A DNA stretch of 64,000 bases from Microbotryum violaceum. Lineage: Eukaryota. The notes beneath the pieces were generated by a model. It was not told the DNA's origin, searched no databases, and saw nothing but the letters and a program-made list of their open reading frames with translations. Below are positions 35,654 to 49,022 of this stretch, piece after piece; within the stretch, counting starts at the first letter, position 1, and every line of letters starts with the position of its first letter. Location: assembly GCA_001244265.2 (NCBI GenBank), contig CDLV01000007.1:992001-1056000 (forward strand), in the 5' to 3' direction. The translations under genes and the position numbers were made by a program.

Positions 35654-37681
35654 TTAAAAAGCATTCGGGTTCGCAGCTTTGCTCGCGAGTTGGTTTGTTC
35701 GTAAAGAGTAGTCGTCGCCGTGTTGCGTGATGTAACTGTTAAGATGGTGCGGCACAGGGCTCGTGGGGGTCAGCAGTCCGGTCTAGGCTAGTACGAAACG
35801 GGGTCTGCTCACCGAACCCAAGGCAAGGCCTGGTAGCCTGACTTTTCCACCACTTTGAGGTAGCGCACTTGAATACCTGCGAAGCCACACCAAGATCCGT
35901 CAGTCATAGGTAATACACCTTTCAAGCGAGCAGCGAGCACTGACCAGATACGGTAAAGTAAGGGATCTCAAACTTGACCGAGATCGGTGCGCGCTTATCA
36001 ATCTCCTCCCCCTTGACCGAAGGCAACCCAAAGTGCGCCCTCATGAGGTAATCCTTCCCCCCGGCCAACTGTTTGATCTTCCACACGAACGCGCTCTTCT
36101 CCGGCACGTAATGTACGGTCCCGATCGCGGCGCGGAACTTGGGCGAATCGGCATCGTCCGGAACGGGGATGTAGATTTCGACGTTGTTGGCCGTCGATCT
36201 CCGCTTGAACTGCGCCTTGACTTTGACGACGTATTCGATCCTCGAACCCGAGTGGTGTTCGATCAACGCCTCGGCCCAAATCAATGGTTTGACTTGGGTG
36301 TTGAGGCGATACGACATGAGCTCGAACTCGCCGTCAGGTGGGATGAAGGAGATGGTGCGGTCGTTCTCAAACCGTGACAGGCGCACGCATTGGTGGAACT
36401 TGACGTCCTCCATTTCGATCGCCTTGCCGCGTGATGTCCGCCCCGTGTTCTCAAACATGACCTTGTCGTTCAGACCCAGTCGCAACTCGGGCATACCCGA
36501 CAGGTAGCACTTCATCTTGACCGCGCCCAGGATCTCACTTCGCACGACGTTGCCGTTGGTGTTGACCTTGCAAAGTGACAAGAAAACACGATTTTAGTGT
36601 CCAAACGCATCGGATGGTTAGCACACGCCTCGAAGAACGCACCAGCAAGTTGACGGATTCCACCACGTCCAAAAAGACCTCGTTCTTGCGATACCGGATG
36701 CCTTCAGAACGCCACGACACGGCATTCGTCACCGCCATCGGTGGTCGTACTTGAACCTCCAGCTTGTGCGATTCCTGCGTGATGTACCTAAAGGGAGGAT
36801 GCCAAGCCGATGAGGAATTGTCAGCTTCTTGGCTCTGCTCAGGCCTGATAGCAACGTGCACCATGCGACGCACTCTTGCAAAATCTTGCTCTCGGTTGTT
36901 TGCGGGTATCCAAAGTCCATCATCTCGTCCAGCAGTTCGTACTGTCAGTGGCAAGCAGAAGCATAATCCGTCCGCCTCGGTTAGCCTCCCGTCACGCCGA
37001 GGCAGATGGAGGAGCGGCCCCACTGACGATGATGACAAAGTTGTCCCGGATCGACTCCTCCTCCAACTCTTTGAAGTATTCCGTCAAAACCTGTACAGGA
37101 ATGAGCGTGGGACGAGTCATGCGTGAGTGAGAGAGCCGGCATTGGGCTGTGCTGATTGGTCGTGACGCGAGGAGGGTGAAACACTCACCGCGACGAGTTT
37201 GTGCAGGAAGGTGAGGATCTCTGCCGCATTCGAATTCCTCTTTGTCAGTGCGACGACTGTTGCGATACATCGTGTGGGTGGAAACAGCAGGATGACGCGA
37301 ATGCCAAGACATGGTGTTGATCCAAGGGTCGCGTGTCAGCTCATCTCCCCACCCCCTTCGAGCGCGTTCCCGAGCCATGCCCATCTCCCTGTACTCTCGG
37401 ACTGACGATAAAGGTTGTTGTGACGAATGTGCAGGTAGTTGATGCCGCTACTGGAGAAACAGGGCGTGACGTAGGCGCCTTCCTCTTCCTGTTCGAGCAC
37501 GAGTGGCAGGAAGCGCTCGATCGTCGACGAGGGGATGTCGTCGCGATAGGACCGTTGGATCAGGGACTGTGTGGAGAGGAGCGTAGGTGAGCAAGGTGAA
37601 TACGCGTCGATCGGATTGGCTCGGATGATGTGAACGTACCTTGCCCTTGAGATCAAGGATGGCGACGAGTGAACACGGCAT
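35654..37681 (-). CDS. APM1: AP-1 clathrin adaptor medium (mu1) subunit
   Basis: SLVAILDLKGK|SLIQRSYRDDI, EYFKELEEESIRDNFVII, MMDFGYPQTTESKILQE, VTNAVSWRSEGIRYRKNEVFLDVVE, YLSGMPELRLGLNDKV, FEIPYFTVSGIQVRYLKVVEKSGYQALPWVRYITQ. Confidence 0.97.
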
Positions 37682-38110
37682 CGTCGACGGGGGACACGCG
37701 ACCAGAGGCGACCTCCTCTCGCTCGAGCACACACGCAACTGAGAACGGGATGGAGTCCCTCGCGCGAGGTAGTAGCAGAGCACGGATCCGGCCCGTAGTC
37801 AGAGTCTCGTGGCGGTGTCGGATGCCTAGGTCGGGGTGAGGCGGGCGAGCGTAGCTGACGACGGCGGCAGGTGGGAGTGAGCACGGCCTGGCCGCGCTTA
37901 GTGCCGCGCAACGTGGTCCGGCTGGGCTCTTATTTCAAGCCAAATTGTGGTAGGCGCCGGTGAAGATGGTCAAAATGAAGTGAAGCTTTTTCCCACCACC
38001 GCTCTCGTGCGTTCTTTTGCTAAGGATGATTTGAAATATGTTGTTCTACTGTGGGATAAATGGGCCTACAATGTCATCTCCTCCGAACAAATACTGCGAG
38101 GGCAAATGCG

Positions 38111-39847
38111 TCAAGCGGAGACCGGAGCAGAATTGTTGAACCCAGTGACGGGGAACAGATCCCTCTGGTGCGACAGCCTCCACTTCTCCCTCCCAATCTG
38201 CTCCATATAAACATGGTGGATTAATGCCGAGATGTACAAAGGCCCAGCGAGGTACTTGGGTAGGCGACATGGATGCGAAGGATCGTCAGTCTCGATCCCA
38301 ACTCTTCATCCTTCACGAGCAGCAGCCCACTGAACGCTCACTTTATCAGGATGAGCCCCAGTCTGATGCCTCTGCCATCCTTCAAACAGTCCTCCAAAGT
38401 CAAACACCGGTGCCCCCCTCGCGATGGCAACGGCGTCCATCATCTCCCTCAATTGATGCGTTCGAACGTTGGTGAAAAAGTTGGAGAACTTTTCGGGAGC
38501 GGCCTCGGCTTTGCCGTCGTGGCGAAAGTCGTCTGAAGTGCGACGCCCGAGGAAGAGTCAATCTCATGATGGGGACACTAGATTCCGCCCAGAACCTACA
38601 AGAAGCTTGATCAACCGGTCCGACCCGATGCAACTTGCGGTACCACACCGGTGTGCCCGGCCACGTTTTACGCGTATGCTCAAGGATTTGCGCGGCCCTC
38701 TTAACCCAGAATCGAACTCGTTCATTCGATAACGGCGCTTCACTGGACTCTTGCCACGCTCGATCTTGACGACCGAAGAAGTCAAGGTCCCATACTGCGC
38801 TCACACAAGGTAAAACGCCGACTCAGTTGTCGGATTGCCCAAACGCAACTTGCACATGCTGCGGAAGACTCACGGCCCGAATGCAGCGAGATGAATGAAG
38901 GCTCTTGAGGTAGTTGCGCCGTATGGACCTTGAAGAGTTGGTCGGTCCGATCCTCTGCTTTTCCAGGTGCATGCCAGTCCGGCTGCTGCTTGAAATTGTC
39001 CTCGTCGTCCTAAATCAGCGGACCAGCGGTGAGAGGGCAGAAAACTTTTCACGGTTGGCCTCTTTCCTTCCCCATACTCAGCTTGCCTCGCGAGACACTT
39101 ACCACCCCATAAAAGAACCCATTCGTCAACGTCAACCCCAACCAAGGCACCTCAATAACCCAAGGGATGCCCCGATCGTCCCACCCCGTCGGCACGACCC
39201 CCTTCTGACTAAAATCATCATAAGGCACGCAATACCGCGGCAGACCAAGCATCTCCGCGAAATGATGTAGAGCATTCCGATCGACCGAATCACCGAGGAT
39301 GAGGATCGTTCGGTCCTTGAGGAAGGAGAGACGGTTCGTGTCTTTTTGGGTCAGGAATCCGAGCCAGTCGGGGGCGGGTTCGCACGATTCTGAATAGGGG
39401 ATCCAGCGCGTGCCTAGTGGGTTTTCGGCGTCGTAGTGCTGTATGATGATAGGACATCAAATGTCAGGTATCTTTTTCTTCTAAAATTTCGTTTTGCCTT
39501 GATCAAGCTCAGCCCAGCCCATCTCGACCCAGCTTATCTCCGAGTTCGCGAGGTGGACTTGTTCACGAGCCACTCACGAGGAAACCCGGCTCGGCGAAAG
39601 GATCACACAGCTTGTCGGTATGCGGGTCCGGATCGACGAGCTGTATAGGACTGTCATGAACGGAAATCAAGAGCAATGCTCTAGGTCAGCGCAGCCTCCT
39701 GGCAGATCGCCTTCAAGCTGACTCGGAGCTTAAAGTGGGGAACCCCACTTACTCGACCAGCCTACTGGCGGCTTCCCGCCGTCGGACGACGAGCCAGTAG
39801 AACAGCCCGACGGCCACTAACGGCGAAAGAAGCTTGGGCGTCTTCAT
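38111..39847 (-). CDS. CAP64/CAS3-like SGNH-fold (esterase/O-acetyltransferase-like) protein with N-terminal membrane anchor
   Basis: MKTPKLLSPLVAVGLFYWLVV signal-anchor, FLKDRTILILGDSVDRNAL (GDS motif), SAVWDL, TWPGTPVWYRKLH, VFDFGGLFEGWQ..GAHP. Confidence 0.72.
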
Positions 39848-40340
39848 CAATCCCCAAGGAAGAGCGTTATTGCGTGCAAGAGCAAGTGCAAGAGCGATGC
39901 CGAGATGCTGGATCGCGCCTCGCGGCCGGTCAAGTTCAAGCCTCCCTTCTGAGGACAAACCTTATTTTCCAACGGATGCCACTGCTGTGTGGGCATGCGC
40001 ATCTCGCTACGTGCACTCAAAAGTGCAGAACAGATACTGAAAGTGAGCTACCTCGTATCATAGGATAAGTGTATTGCCTACTTACTGATGGTGGTGGACC
40101 TCTTTTAATCTGATTGTGAGATCGACCTTTTGTGAGATCGGATCAACGCGTGCCGTGGCGACAACGAGTCCATCCTTAGCGAGACAGTCCCAACGGCTCG
40201 CGGTCGCGGAGGAGACCTGAAGCTAAGGCACGTACCGAATTTTACAAAGCCATGCGAGCCATGTCGGGTGGTGTACACGTTACAACTATGTCACTAACTA
40301 TACTACATCACAGAAAATGAATATCCGCCACCCACACAAC

Positions 40341-43300
40341 TCAGTACGTCCGAGGCAAGACCGTCCTAGTCCACTCTGTCGACTCGAACCGATCTTTGTA
40401 CGTCTCAAAGACCTTGAGCAACGACGCGTACTCCTTCGCGACTTCAGCTTCACCGTCCGCGTCCGCCATCTCGGCGTCTCTGTCGTCCCCACCTGGTACG
40501 GCTGCAGCGTTGCCAGAGGCCCACGCGTTGAGGAATTCTTCGACCAGTGCGGTGCCTTCTGCGATCGCTTCGGGAGACAGCGTTGAGGCGGTGGTGGCGG
40601 CTTCTCCGGCTGTAAGAGACAATGTTATCACATTGTGTTAGAATCGAGAGGAGGGGTGCCACCAGTCCGACACAGGGAGCACTCACGTCTGTCACTAAAG
40701 TCCTCGAGATCGTCCGCTTTCCGTTTCGCGAGCTAAGCGAGATGAATGCGATGTCAGTGTCACCATTGCTCTCTCGCGCAATCCATCTACGTTGCTCTCA
40801 CCTTGACGACCTCTTCGGGAAAGTTGGCCAGTTCCGCGACGTGTATACCAAAGCTCTGATCGCAGACACCTGAGGAGGAGGGATCGAGTTTCGTCAGTGA
40901 TCTGAGAGTGCTGATTACGTTTTGAGCCCTCGCACTCACCTGGCTCGACCTTGTACAGCAACGTGATCTCCTTTCCCGTGAGAGAATCAGGCTTGGGATC
41001 GACGTGCGCGACGACGTGCAGATTCTTGACGTGCGGGATCTCGTGCGCGAGCGCAGTCAATTCGTGGAAATGCGAGGCGAAGAGCACGGCGGCGCGAGTT
41101 TCTTTTGCCAGATGTCTGTTTGAAACGTCAATCAGAGGAAAGGTCAGGATATAAGTGGAAGGTCCGACTGTGGTTGGGGTGTACTCACTCTGAGATGGCC
41201 CAAGCGAGACCAAACCCGTCGTAGGTCGAAGTTCCACGACCCAGCTCATCGATAATGACGAGCGAGTCCCGCGTTGCCGACTTGAGGATCGCCGCTGTCT
41301 CCAGCATTTCCGCCATGAAAGTAGAAACACCCTTGAGCTGGCTGTCACCAGCCCCAACTCGGCAGAGGATCGAGTCAAAGATCGGCACAGTCGCAGAAGT
41401 GCATGGCACGAAGCAGCCGATTTGCGCCATCAACGAGATCACGCCGGCTGAACGAATGAAGGTTGACTTTCCGCCCATGTTCGGTCTAGAAGGAGGCACA
41501 GAGGGCTTGTCAGCTGGTAAGCCTTCGTCTGTGAAGAAGCTGGCACGTACCCAGTGATGATCTGGAATTCGGAAACATCTGTAAATCGCGGGGCAGCGAG
41601 GACACGGGATGAGCGGAGTGCCTCAGTAGATCTTACGCTCTTGTTACTCACCTCGCTCGAGCGAGATGTCATTGGCGATAAAGTTGATGCCCTCCATGAC
41701 CTCGAGGCAGGGGTGACGCGCGTCGACGAGGTTCAGACTGCCCTCAGCTTGCTCGCAAACGACCGGCTTGACGTACGAGATCGGCGCGTTGAGGGAGGCC
41801 GTAGCAAGCGAGGCAACGACATCAAGATGGGCCAAGAGATTGTTCAGTGTCTCGAGAACGGGGCAGTATGAAGCGGCGATGGCAATGACCTCTTTGACGA
41901 GCGCGGATTGCTTCTTCTCGTACTGCTTGGTCAAGTCCTTGTGATCGTCGTTAAGCGATTTGAGTTGCTTGGTCGTGAAATGCACACCATTCGTTTGGTT
42001 CTTGAGCTCAATGTAGCCCTTCTTGTTCTTGATCGCCGACCCTTCCTTGCGAGTCAATCGGAAGCAATAGCCGTACAGCGGGCTCAGTTCAAAATGCAGG
42101 ACCTTGTTGTCGGCGTCCATCTTGAGGTCCCCAGCGACGCGTTGGTGCTCCTCGTCGAGTGAATCGCGCACTTGCTCGAGTTGCTGCTTCAACTCCTGAA
42201 GCGTCTCGTCGAACTCGGGCTTGATGACAAACTGATGGCGGTCGAGCTCGTCGAGGTCGATCGTCTCCTCCACCATCTCGCGCATCGGTTGCAAGAAAGT
42301 GGCATTGTCCTGTGAGTCAAGTGCAAGGAATTAAGGGATTAGTGGAAGCTGACAGCTTGAAAACTCCGAGCAGTCCCTCGGTCCAAAAAATGCACCTTCA
42401 ATCCAGCCAAGTAGACCTCGTCAATCAGCTCACGCCATCGCTGGTTCCCATCTGCGCCATTCTCGAGCACGGTCAGGAGACCGGGTAGCAGAAGTAGCGC
42501 TTGGTAGACTCGCACGACGTCTTCGAGGTTGGCAGCACCCTTTTGAAATCTTTTCGAGATGCGATGGAAGTCGGGCATCGACTTGAGGTAGTCGTTCTGG
42601 GAGAAGAAGGGCGTCTATCAGGTGGGTTCGCCGATTGTTCAGTGCGGGACGCCCGAACTGACCACCACAGCCCGACGCAGCGCAGTGTCTTCAAAGAAGC
42701 ACTCTACCAAATCTTGTCGTTGCTCTGTACATCCAAGGAAATTGGATCGTCAGCATACGGCACGCTCTCAAGTCACGAACTGGACTGTTTTCTACTTACG
42801 AATGGAGTGCAGATTAACCAGGGGCTGCTTGAGCCACTGGGCGAGCATGCGCGTCCCTTGTGACGTCTTGCATCGATTGAGCAAACCGAACACGGACATG
42901 TTCTTGCTTCCGCCAGAGCCCATCCCCGTCGGATCGGGCATCACTATGAGGACAGCGAAAACATTAAATGTCAGATTCTGTCGAGCCCAAATCGGATGAA
43001 AAGGTTAACGTACGGTTCAGGGCCCTTAAAGCGGAGGCATCGAGCTTCATGTACTGCTTGAGGTCGTGAGTCACCATCTGGTACGAGCCAAAATTCGAGT
43101 CGTCGGTCATGAGCCCGAGATAGGCGATCAGAGCCGCTGTCGAAGCCATTGCCACTTTGAGGTCAAGCTCAGCTAAGGGCAGCGAGATGATGAATCAGCA
43201 CGAGTTGGAGAGATCGATCGGTAGAGTGGGCTTACGTCTCGTGGAAGCAGGTACATCGCCTCGCAGGAGTCGATTTAGGTCTTGCTCCACGTCCTTGGCC

Positions 43301-44422
43301 GTGAATTCGTCTGAGGTTCCGCTCCCAAGAGGTGAGTCCGTGAAGCTGGATTCTCGGACGGGGAATGTGCACTCACTCTTCTTGCGATCTGTGAGGACGA
43401 TGTTGCATCTCTCGACAAGCGTGTAGATCTTCTTCAGGTCATAGTCGGCTGCTTTGTCTTCGCTGGGCAACAGCACCTCTTTGACGCCAAGTTGAATGAG
43501 GAGAGCCTGGTGCAGGTGAGATTGGTAATCAGCGGTCAAAGTTTGTCCTTTTCTAGTCGGCATTAGTATGTGAGTCTACCTCGGTATTAGAGAAGAGATC
43601 GTTGTCGATGAACTCGGCGACACCCATCTCCTGCCTCGACGTATCGGCGAATGTGACGCCAACGGTCTTGACGTTGTCCTTGACCTGCAGCTTGAGGGCG
43701 AGGATGACGGGTGCGGCGAGCATGTCGGTATGCGCGAAGAGCAAGTCCTCGACCTGGGCCAAATGACCGGGACTGGCTTGCTTGCCGAGAGTCCACTTTG
43801 ACGCATTCTTGCCGCCAGAAGACTCGTAGATCTCGATGCGCAGCTGTTTGGTCGTTAGAGCGTCGCGCAAGAAGCCTTGTGCGACCGCGATCGACATGGC
43901 TACGGCGGGGAGGCCGTCGGGGAAGATGGACGAGATCTTGCCGAGCTTCTTGATGATCGTTTGGGTCTGGTTGGAATATTATGAAGAACAATTGAGTGTT
44001 GAGTAAAGCGCATGTCCGACCCGTTGGCCAGGACTAACCTTGTAGTGATGCGTGGCGATGTAGATGGCATCCGTCCCAAAGGCCGAGTAGAAGTCACCTC
44101 GATCGAACAACCTGACCGTGCCCGCGGGAGTCTGTGGATTTGAGTGCTGCGAGTCAGTACATGTAGTTCAAGCACCATGATCGCGCCCCATGCCCAGTGA
44201 AGGTCGGGCGGACTTCCACGCAAAGGAATTACATTTCCGCGGCGAAATGAGGCGACGCGACGCGACGCGTACGGGTTGGTTTTTGTGCGACGCACCAGCC
44301 GAGGGAGATCGATGATGACTTACCGCAGGCAGCTTACGGATGACATCGCAGAACGAGTTGTCGGCCTGGTCGGCGTTTGAGTCGTCCACTTTGCCTGCTC
44401 CGTACTGCAGTGGGGGCGACAT
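40341..44422 (-). CDS. MSH2: DNA mismatch repair protein Msh2
   Basis: [123 protein letters not shown]. Confidence 0.97.
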
Positions 44423-44630
44423 GGTGGCCCGTGGAATGGTGGATGTGGGGGAAAACGAAACCACAGTGACCACCAGCTGTGGCAACGTTGACGAAGGTTG
44501 ACGATGAGCGCTCGAGCGGAGGCGCGCGGAGGCAGACATTGCTTCGGGGTCGGCTTTCTGCCCATCTACCTTCATTACAAAAAGCGCTCGCTTGAATTGC
44601 AGCACACGCACGAGACCCCTTGAGAACCCC

Positions 44631-45539
44631 ATGCCATCTCTCGAAGGTCTTGATGTACCCGATGCGATCCTCAGCACCGCCCGCTACGACCCACCGCTGA
44701 GCTCACTCGACAAGAACTCACTCACCCAACCCCCCTCGGCACCCTCACCGTATGGCTTACTGGCGTATCACCACGACCGATTGGTCCAGGCAGCGGCTGC
44801 GTTCGCTTGGACGAGCGCCGCGCAGAGCCTCGAGGGCGAACAGGGGCTCATCAAGCTACGTCAGCGACTCGATCAAGCCGTCTCGCAGTGGCAGACACAG
44901 AACGATGACAAGTCAGATCAACCACTACGTGTGAGTTTGCCTACAATGATGCTCGAAGATGAAGCCTCGTACTCAGTTCGTTGGTGTACTCTGCCACAGC
45001 TGCGGATTCTGGCCTTCCCCACTGCGGACGATGACGACCTCATCACGGTCCAAGCCTTCGCATGCAATCCCATCACCCCAATCTCCAACTTTTTCAACCT
45101 CGCACTGGCGAATCCGGCAACACTGAATGCGCTTTCGTCCTCTTCAACCTTCACCTACATCCCCGTACGGCTCGACCCCGCCCGTACCTCTCCTTCAATA
45201 TGGACACAATACAAGACAACCGCTCGCGACCATTACCTCGCCTCTCGGGAGCGGGCAGGTTTAGGCAGGGACTACAATAAACCGGACGAAGTGCTACTAT
45301 TCAATCAGGACGATCAAGTCATGGAGGGCTCGCTGGCGAACGTCGGTTTCTACCGGGACGGCGCTTGGGTCACCCCACATGACGAGGCTGGCGGATTGAA
45401 CGGCGTCATGAGGCGGTGGTTGCTCGAGCAAGGGAGGTGGAAGCAGGGTACGATACTGCGGGGAGAAGTTAGTCGGGGCGAGTGGGTGCTGCTGAGTAAT
45501 GGCTTGCGGGGGTGCTTTGTCGGGAGGATAGAATCATAG
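44631..45539 (+). CDS. ABZ2: 4-amino-4-deoxychorismate lyase-like (aminotransferase class IV)
   Basis: ILSTARYDP..LLAYHHDRL..AFAW, YKTTARDHY..SRER, EVLLFN..VMEGSLANV, WVTP..GGLNGVMRRWLL, LSNGLRG. One in-frame intron at ~44931-44999. Confidence 0.85.
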   Translation: MPSLEGLDVPDAILSTARYDPPLSSLDKNSLTQPPSAPSPYGLLAYHHDRLVQAAAAFAWTSAAQSLEGEQGLIKLRQRLDQAVSQWQTQNDDKSDQPLRVSLPTMMLEDEASYSVRWCTLPQLRILAFPTADDDDLITVQAFACNPITPISNFFNLALANPATLNALSSSSTFTYIPVRLDPARTSPSIWTQYKTTARDHYLASRERAGLGRDYNKPDEVLLFNQDDQVMEGSLANVGFYRDGAWVTPHDEAGGLNGVMRRWLLEQGRWKQGTILRGEVSRGEWVLLSNGLRGCFVGRIES

Positions 45540-46306
45540 GGGCAAAGCAGGCGCGCTCCGGAGACAAGCTTGGTCACGTGATACGATGCGAAGACAGTCG
45601 ACCTCGTCTTGGCTTTCTGGTGTTCTAGACGCCCACCATCCAGCCGACCCCCATCTCGCCGCTTCTTGGAAGAAACGACAAAGCTGTATAATCTTCTCGT
45701 GGAACCACTTAGCCGGCCCCATCCGATTGAAAGCGTGCTAGCGCTCAGCGATCCGGAAGAGCCCCGGAAACCTATCACGAAAGTTCTACGTGCTGTTGAA
45801 CTTCGCTCCATCTCACTTCTAAAACAATATACTTTCACTGAATTAGGGGTGCCTCGCCTTTGGTGCAGTGGTATATTGCTCCTGCTAGTTACCACTTCCG
45901 ACGTTGCGAGCCCGCCCATGGGCGGGCCGCATGACTCTCGATCGACGGGGTTCCGGTTCGCAAGAATCGACTTTGAATCTTGTTTTGAAGCCCCGTTACG
46001 TCTTTGCTTATACAGTATATGAATTGATTGTCCGACCAAAGTTGAGAAGCTTTAATTGATCAATCGAAAGCTGGGCCTCAGGCTTAGTCCACCCGTCATG
46101 AAACAGGTGCGAAAATCGCGCCTTCCGGGATCTGAAAATGAAGTCTTCTACACCGTCGATCGCTACATCACCAAGACAGTGTGGGAATCTGATTTTAGCA
46201 CTTCATCCCACTTTTGTTCAAAAAGGAACCAAAAAGGATGTACCTCTTGCACACTCGCTTTCGTCGCCGTGGCGGGCTTTCTACCTGTGCAATTTTGGAG
46301 TTCTTT

Positions 46307-46367
46307 CGGACTTGTGCCTGACGGACTTGTGCCTGACGGATTTGTGCCTGATGGACTTGTGCCTGAC
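46307..46367 (+). repeat. 15-bp tandem repeat x4 (CGGACTTGTGCCTGA)
   Basis: Copies start at 46307, 46322, 46337 (1 change) and 46352 (1 change), with no spacers. Confidence 0.95.
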
Positions 46368-46542
46368 AGGAGGCGGCTAAGTGGAGCCTAATAAGTGGAG
46401 CCAAGTGGGTAGCTCGCAGTGTCGGACTCGTGAGCTCACCGCACCGTCTCGGGCCCCGGCCATCTACCCATCCCTCTCGTGCCTTTACCTGAGACATTGA
46501 CACTTGTCTGGCGTGCGGTCCGTCCCTTCCATACCACCATAC

Positions 46543-48136
46543 ATGGACACACCACCCGTCCGGAGCACGTTGGCTCCATTGCTCTTTGGTTCATGGTTGA
46601 ACACGGGGTGAGTTGCGGGGGTTCGCGATCATTGGGATGCTCCGTCTGACTCAGTCACGTACGCGGAGAAAGGCCCTACACGACGCTATGACACTGACCA
46701 AGTCACTCACGTCTACTTTCGACAACAGCTTGTTCACGCTGGAGCTATTGTGGATGCTCGAACACTTTTGGAAGCATCCCTTTTCTCGCGGGCCACGATG
46801 GATCAGTGTGACCCTGCTTGTTCTCCTCCTCAACGATTCGATCTCGACCATCTCCAACTATGCCGCCGTTTGGCTCTACACGATCGTCCATTTCGGTGAC
46901 TACGCCTACCTCGCCTTACAAGACTGGACCGTCGTCATCTTCCTGATCACCACGGGCGTTTCGGCGATGGTGGTGCAGTTCTTCTTGCTCGAACGTGCCT
47001 GGAGACTGTGTCGCTCCGGCTTGAAGTTGAACGCGGCCATGACCATCATGATCGCTCTCGTCGCATTGGGCATCTTGGTGTCTTTCTCGAACTGTTTCTG
47101 GACGGCAGCGTATGTTTTCATCTACAGGAATTACACCGAGCGGTATAGGGTCGTCACACCCGTCACGTCAGTCCATGGGCTCGGCTCTCGACTGGAGGAC
47201 AAAAGTCGCCATGCAGCTGACGGGACTGTTTCCGTTACCCCAGTGTGTGGCTCACCATCAGCGCCGGATGCGATGTGACAATCGCCGGTATTCTTTTGTT
47301 CAAGCTCAACCAGGCTCGAAAGGAGGTAGCGAACCGTGCTCATAGGTAGGTCGAAGTCTGTTTATTTGGGCAACCATCTTCCCGATGATCTTCAGGCACA
47401 CCGCCCCCACGCGCAAACTGATCCCGAGGCGATCACTTTCGACGCAGTAATTTGCTCGTGCCGTTGCAAAAATTGATGATCATGGCGCTCGAGTCGGGAG
47501 CCGTTACATCATTCGTTGCAATCGTTGGACTGGGCCTCTACCTCGGATTCAAGGTAAATTCCTGGCGCGAGTCGGCAGCTGAACCCTGTCAGTAATCCTG
47601 ACCCCGTGACACCCCCACAGACAACCAACCTTCCCTTGGCGCCAGGCTACTGCCTCGGCCGAATCTACGCCTTGACGATGCTCTTCAACCTTCGGGTCCG
47701 TGACCGACTGCAAGCTGAAGCCATTTCATCCCAAGCCGTCGGGGTGTCCACCTTTGCCCTTCGAGCCGATGCGCCTACCGATCTTTCAAAGGATCCTCAT
47801 GAATTCGATGTCGAGCGACACGGGGTCATGAGTTCAGTCGGTGGGGTGTCGACTATCCGACCTGATCCGAGAAGAGGTCAAACATCGAGGTCGCACACTG
47901 TGCAGACTCGTGCGGCACAAAGTCAGACTGTACAGACTATCTCGCTGGAGACGGCTTATATCATGCACTGTCCGACGACGCCGAGGATCGGTGGATCGGG
48001 AATAGGGGAGGAGAGTGATGGGTTCGATGCGGATTCTTCTTTGATCGAAGATAGGGAGCCGAGAACGAGGAGACCGAGGAGGGTAGCTCGGAGAGAGGTG
48101 AGCAAGAGGATAATTCCATTATTGCAGTTTTGGTGA
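46543..48136 (+). CDS. DUF6534-like fungal multi-pass membrane protein
   Basis: MDTP..LAPLLFGSWLNTG|LFTLEL.., VWLYTIVHFGD, MVVQFFLLERAW, WLTISAGCDVTIAGILL..L, ALESGAVTS, LGRIYALTMLFNL. These match the DUF6534 pattern by recall. Confidence 0.8.
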
Positions 48137-48352
48137 AGTACTGACCTGATCCAGTTTCGCTCATTGCAGTTTGCGTCGTCCCGGAGATCGAGCGTGAGCA
48201 TCCCATCCGTTGACGACCCGATGCTCGCGACTTTACGTTACGTGCCGCGGCAGGATGTATCCCTTCACGACCTTATGTAAATATATACCCTCTATGATGC
48301 TGTATACCCAATGTTGGAGTTTTGAGACTCGTCAAGTCTCCAGAAAGGTCGA

Positions 48353-49022
48353 GTGCGAAATTTCGCCCCAAGTCATCGCGCGAGGTGGGCCACCTTTCTA
48401 GAAGACGCTCAAAGGACTCAACTCAATCTCCTATACGACACACCGCTCATAGCGGACAGGATCAGTTATGCCTCCGCGCTCACATCGCTCGCCCTGAACG
48501 GTTCGCGAGCGAGAACTTTTCTTCATCCGTCGGCTTCATCAGGACTTCTCGTTCACATCCCAAGACCCCACACCGCCCAACCCGGAGAAACTCTTTATCA
48601 CCTAACGGGGCGTGGTTTTCCTGCGCTGAATCACGCCTGAACGTCTACGTTGCACTTTGTTGGAGTTGTTCGAGCTCAGCCTCGACGACTTCCCCGATCT
48701 CGAACAATGCCAAAACGCCTCCATGTCCGATCATCTCATCACCGCCATGCCTTGCAAGCGTTCGAGAACCTCCAATATGCTCCATTCTGAAGGCTTCGTT
48801 CGTCTCCTGACCTTAGGAGGTGTTATGCTCTGGTCTCGTCGGTTGCTCTTTCCCTTTGATCAGAGAGGTGTCACTCGATATCCTTCGTTAATGCATGTTG
48901 GCGTGGCGGTGAAAGGCGAACAAGAGGGCGAACCCCTTTTGCCTTCTTACCTTGGTCAATTATGGACGAAGAATAGGCGTCTGCAGGAAGGGTATATTTA
49001 TGAAGAGACCGTGAAAGCGTGA
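48353..49022 (+). pseudogene. Possible degraded gene fragment (Leu-rich, frame-broken)
   Basis: Two consecutive same-strand protein-like ORFs (48353-48640, 48657-49022) in different frames, with non-ATG starts and no recognisable splice structure. Confidence 0.25.

Noticed and set aside
45350-46039. ORFs in the ABZ2-DUF6534 spacer
   Set aside because: No family motifs, non-ATG starts, and overlap with ABZ2 on the opposite strand. Treated as intergenic.
46307-46367. Repeat array as CRISPR-like
   Set aside because: Units are contiguous with no spacers, the context is eukaryotic and there are no cas genes.
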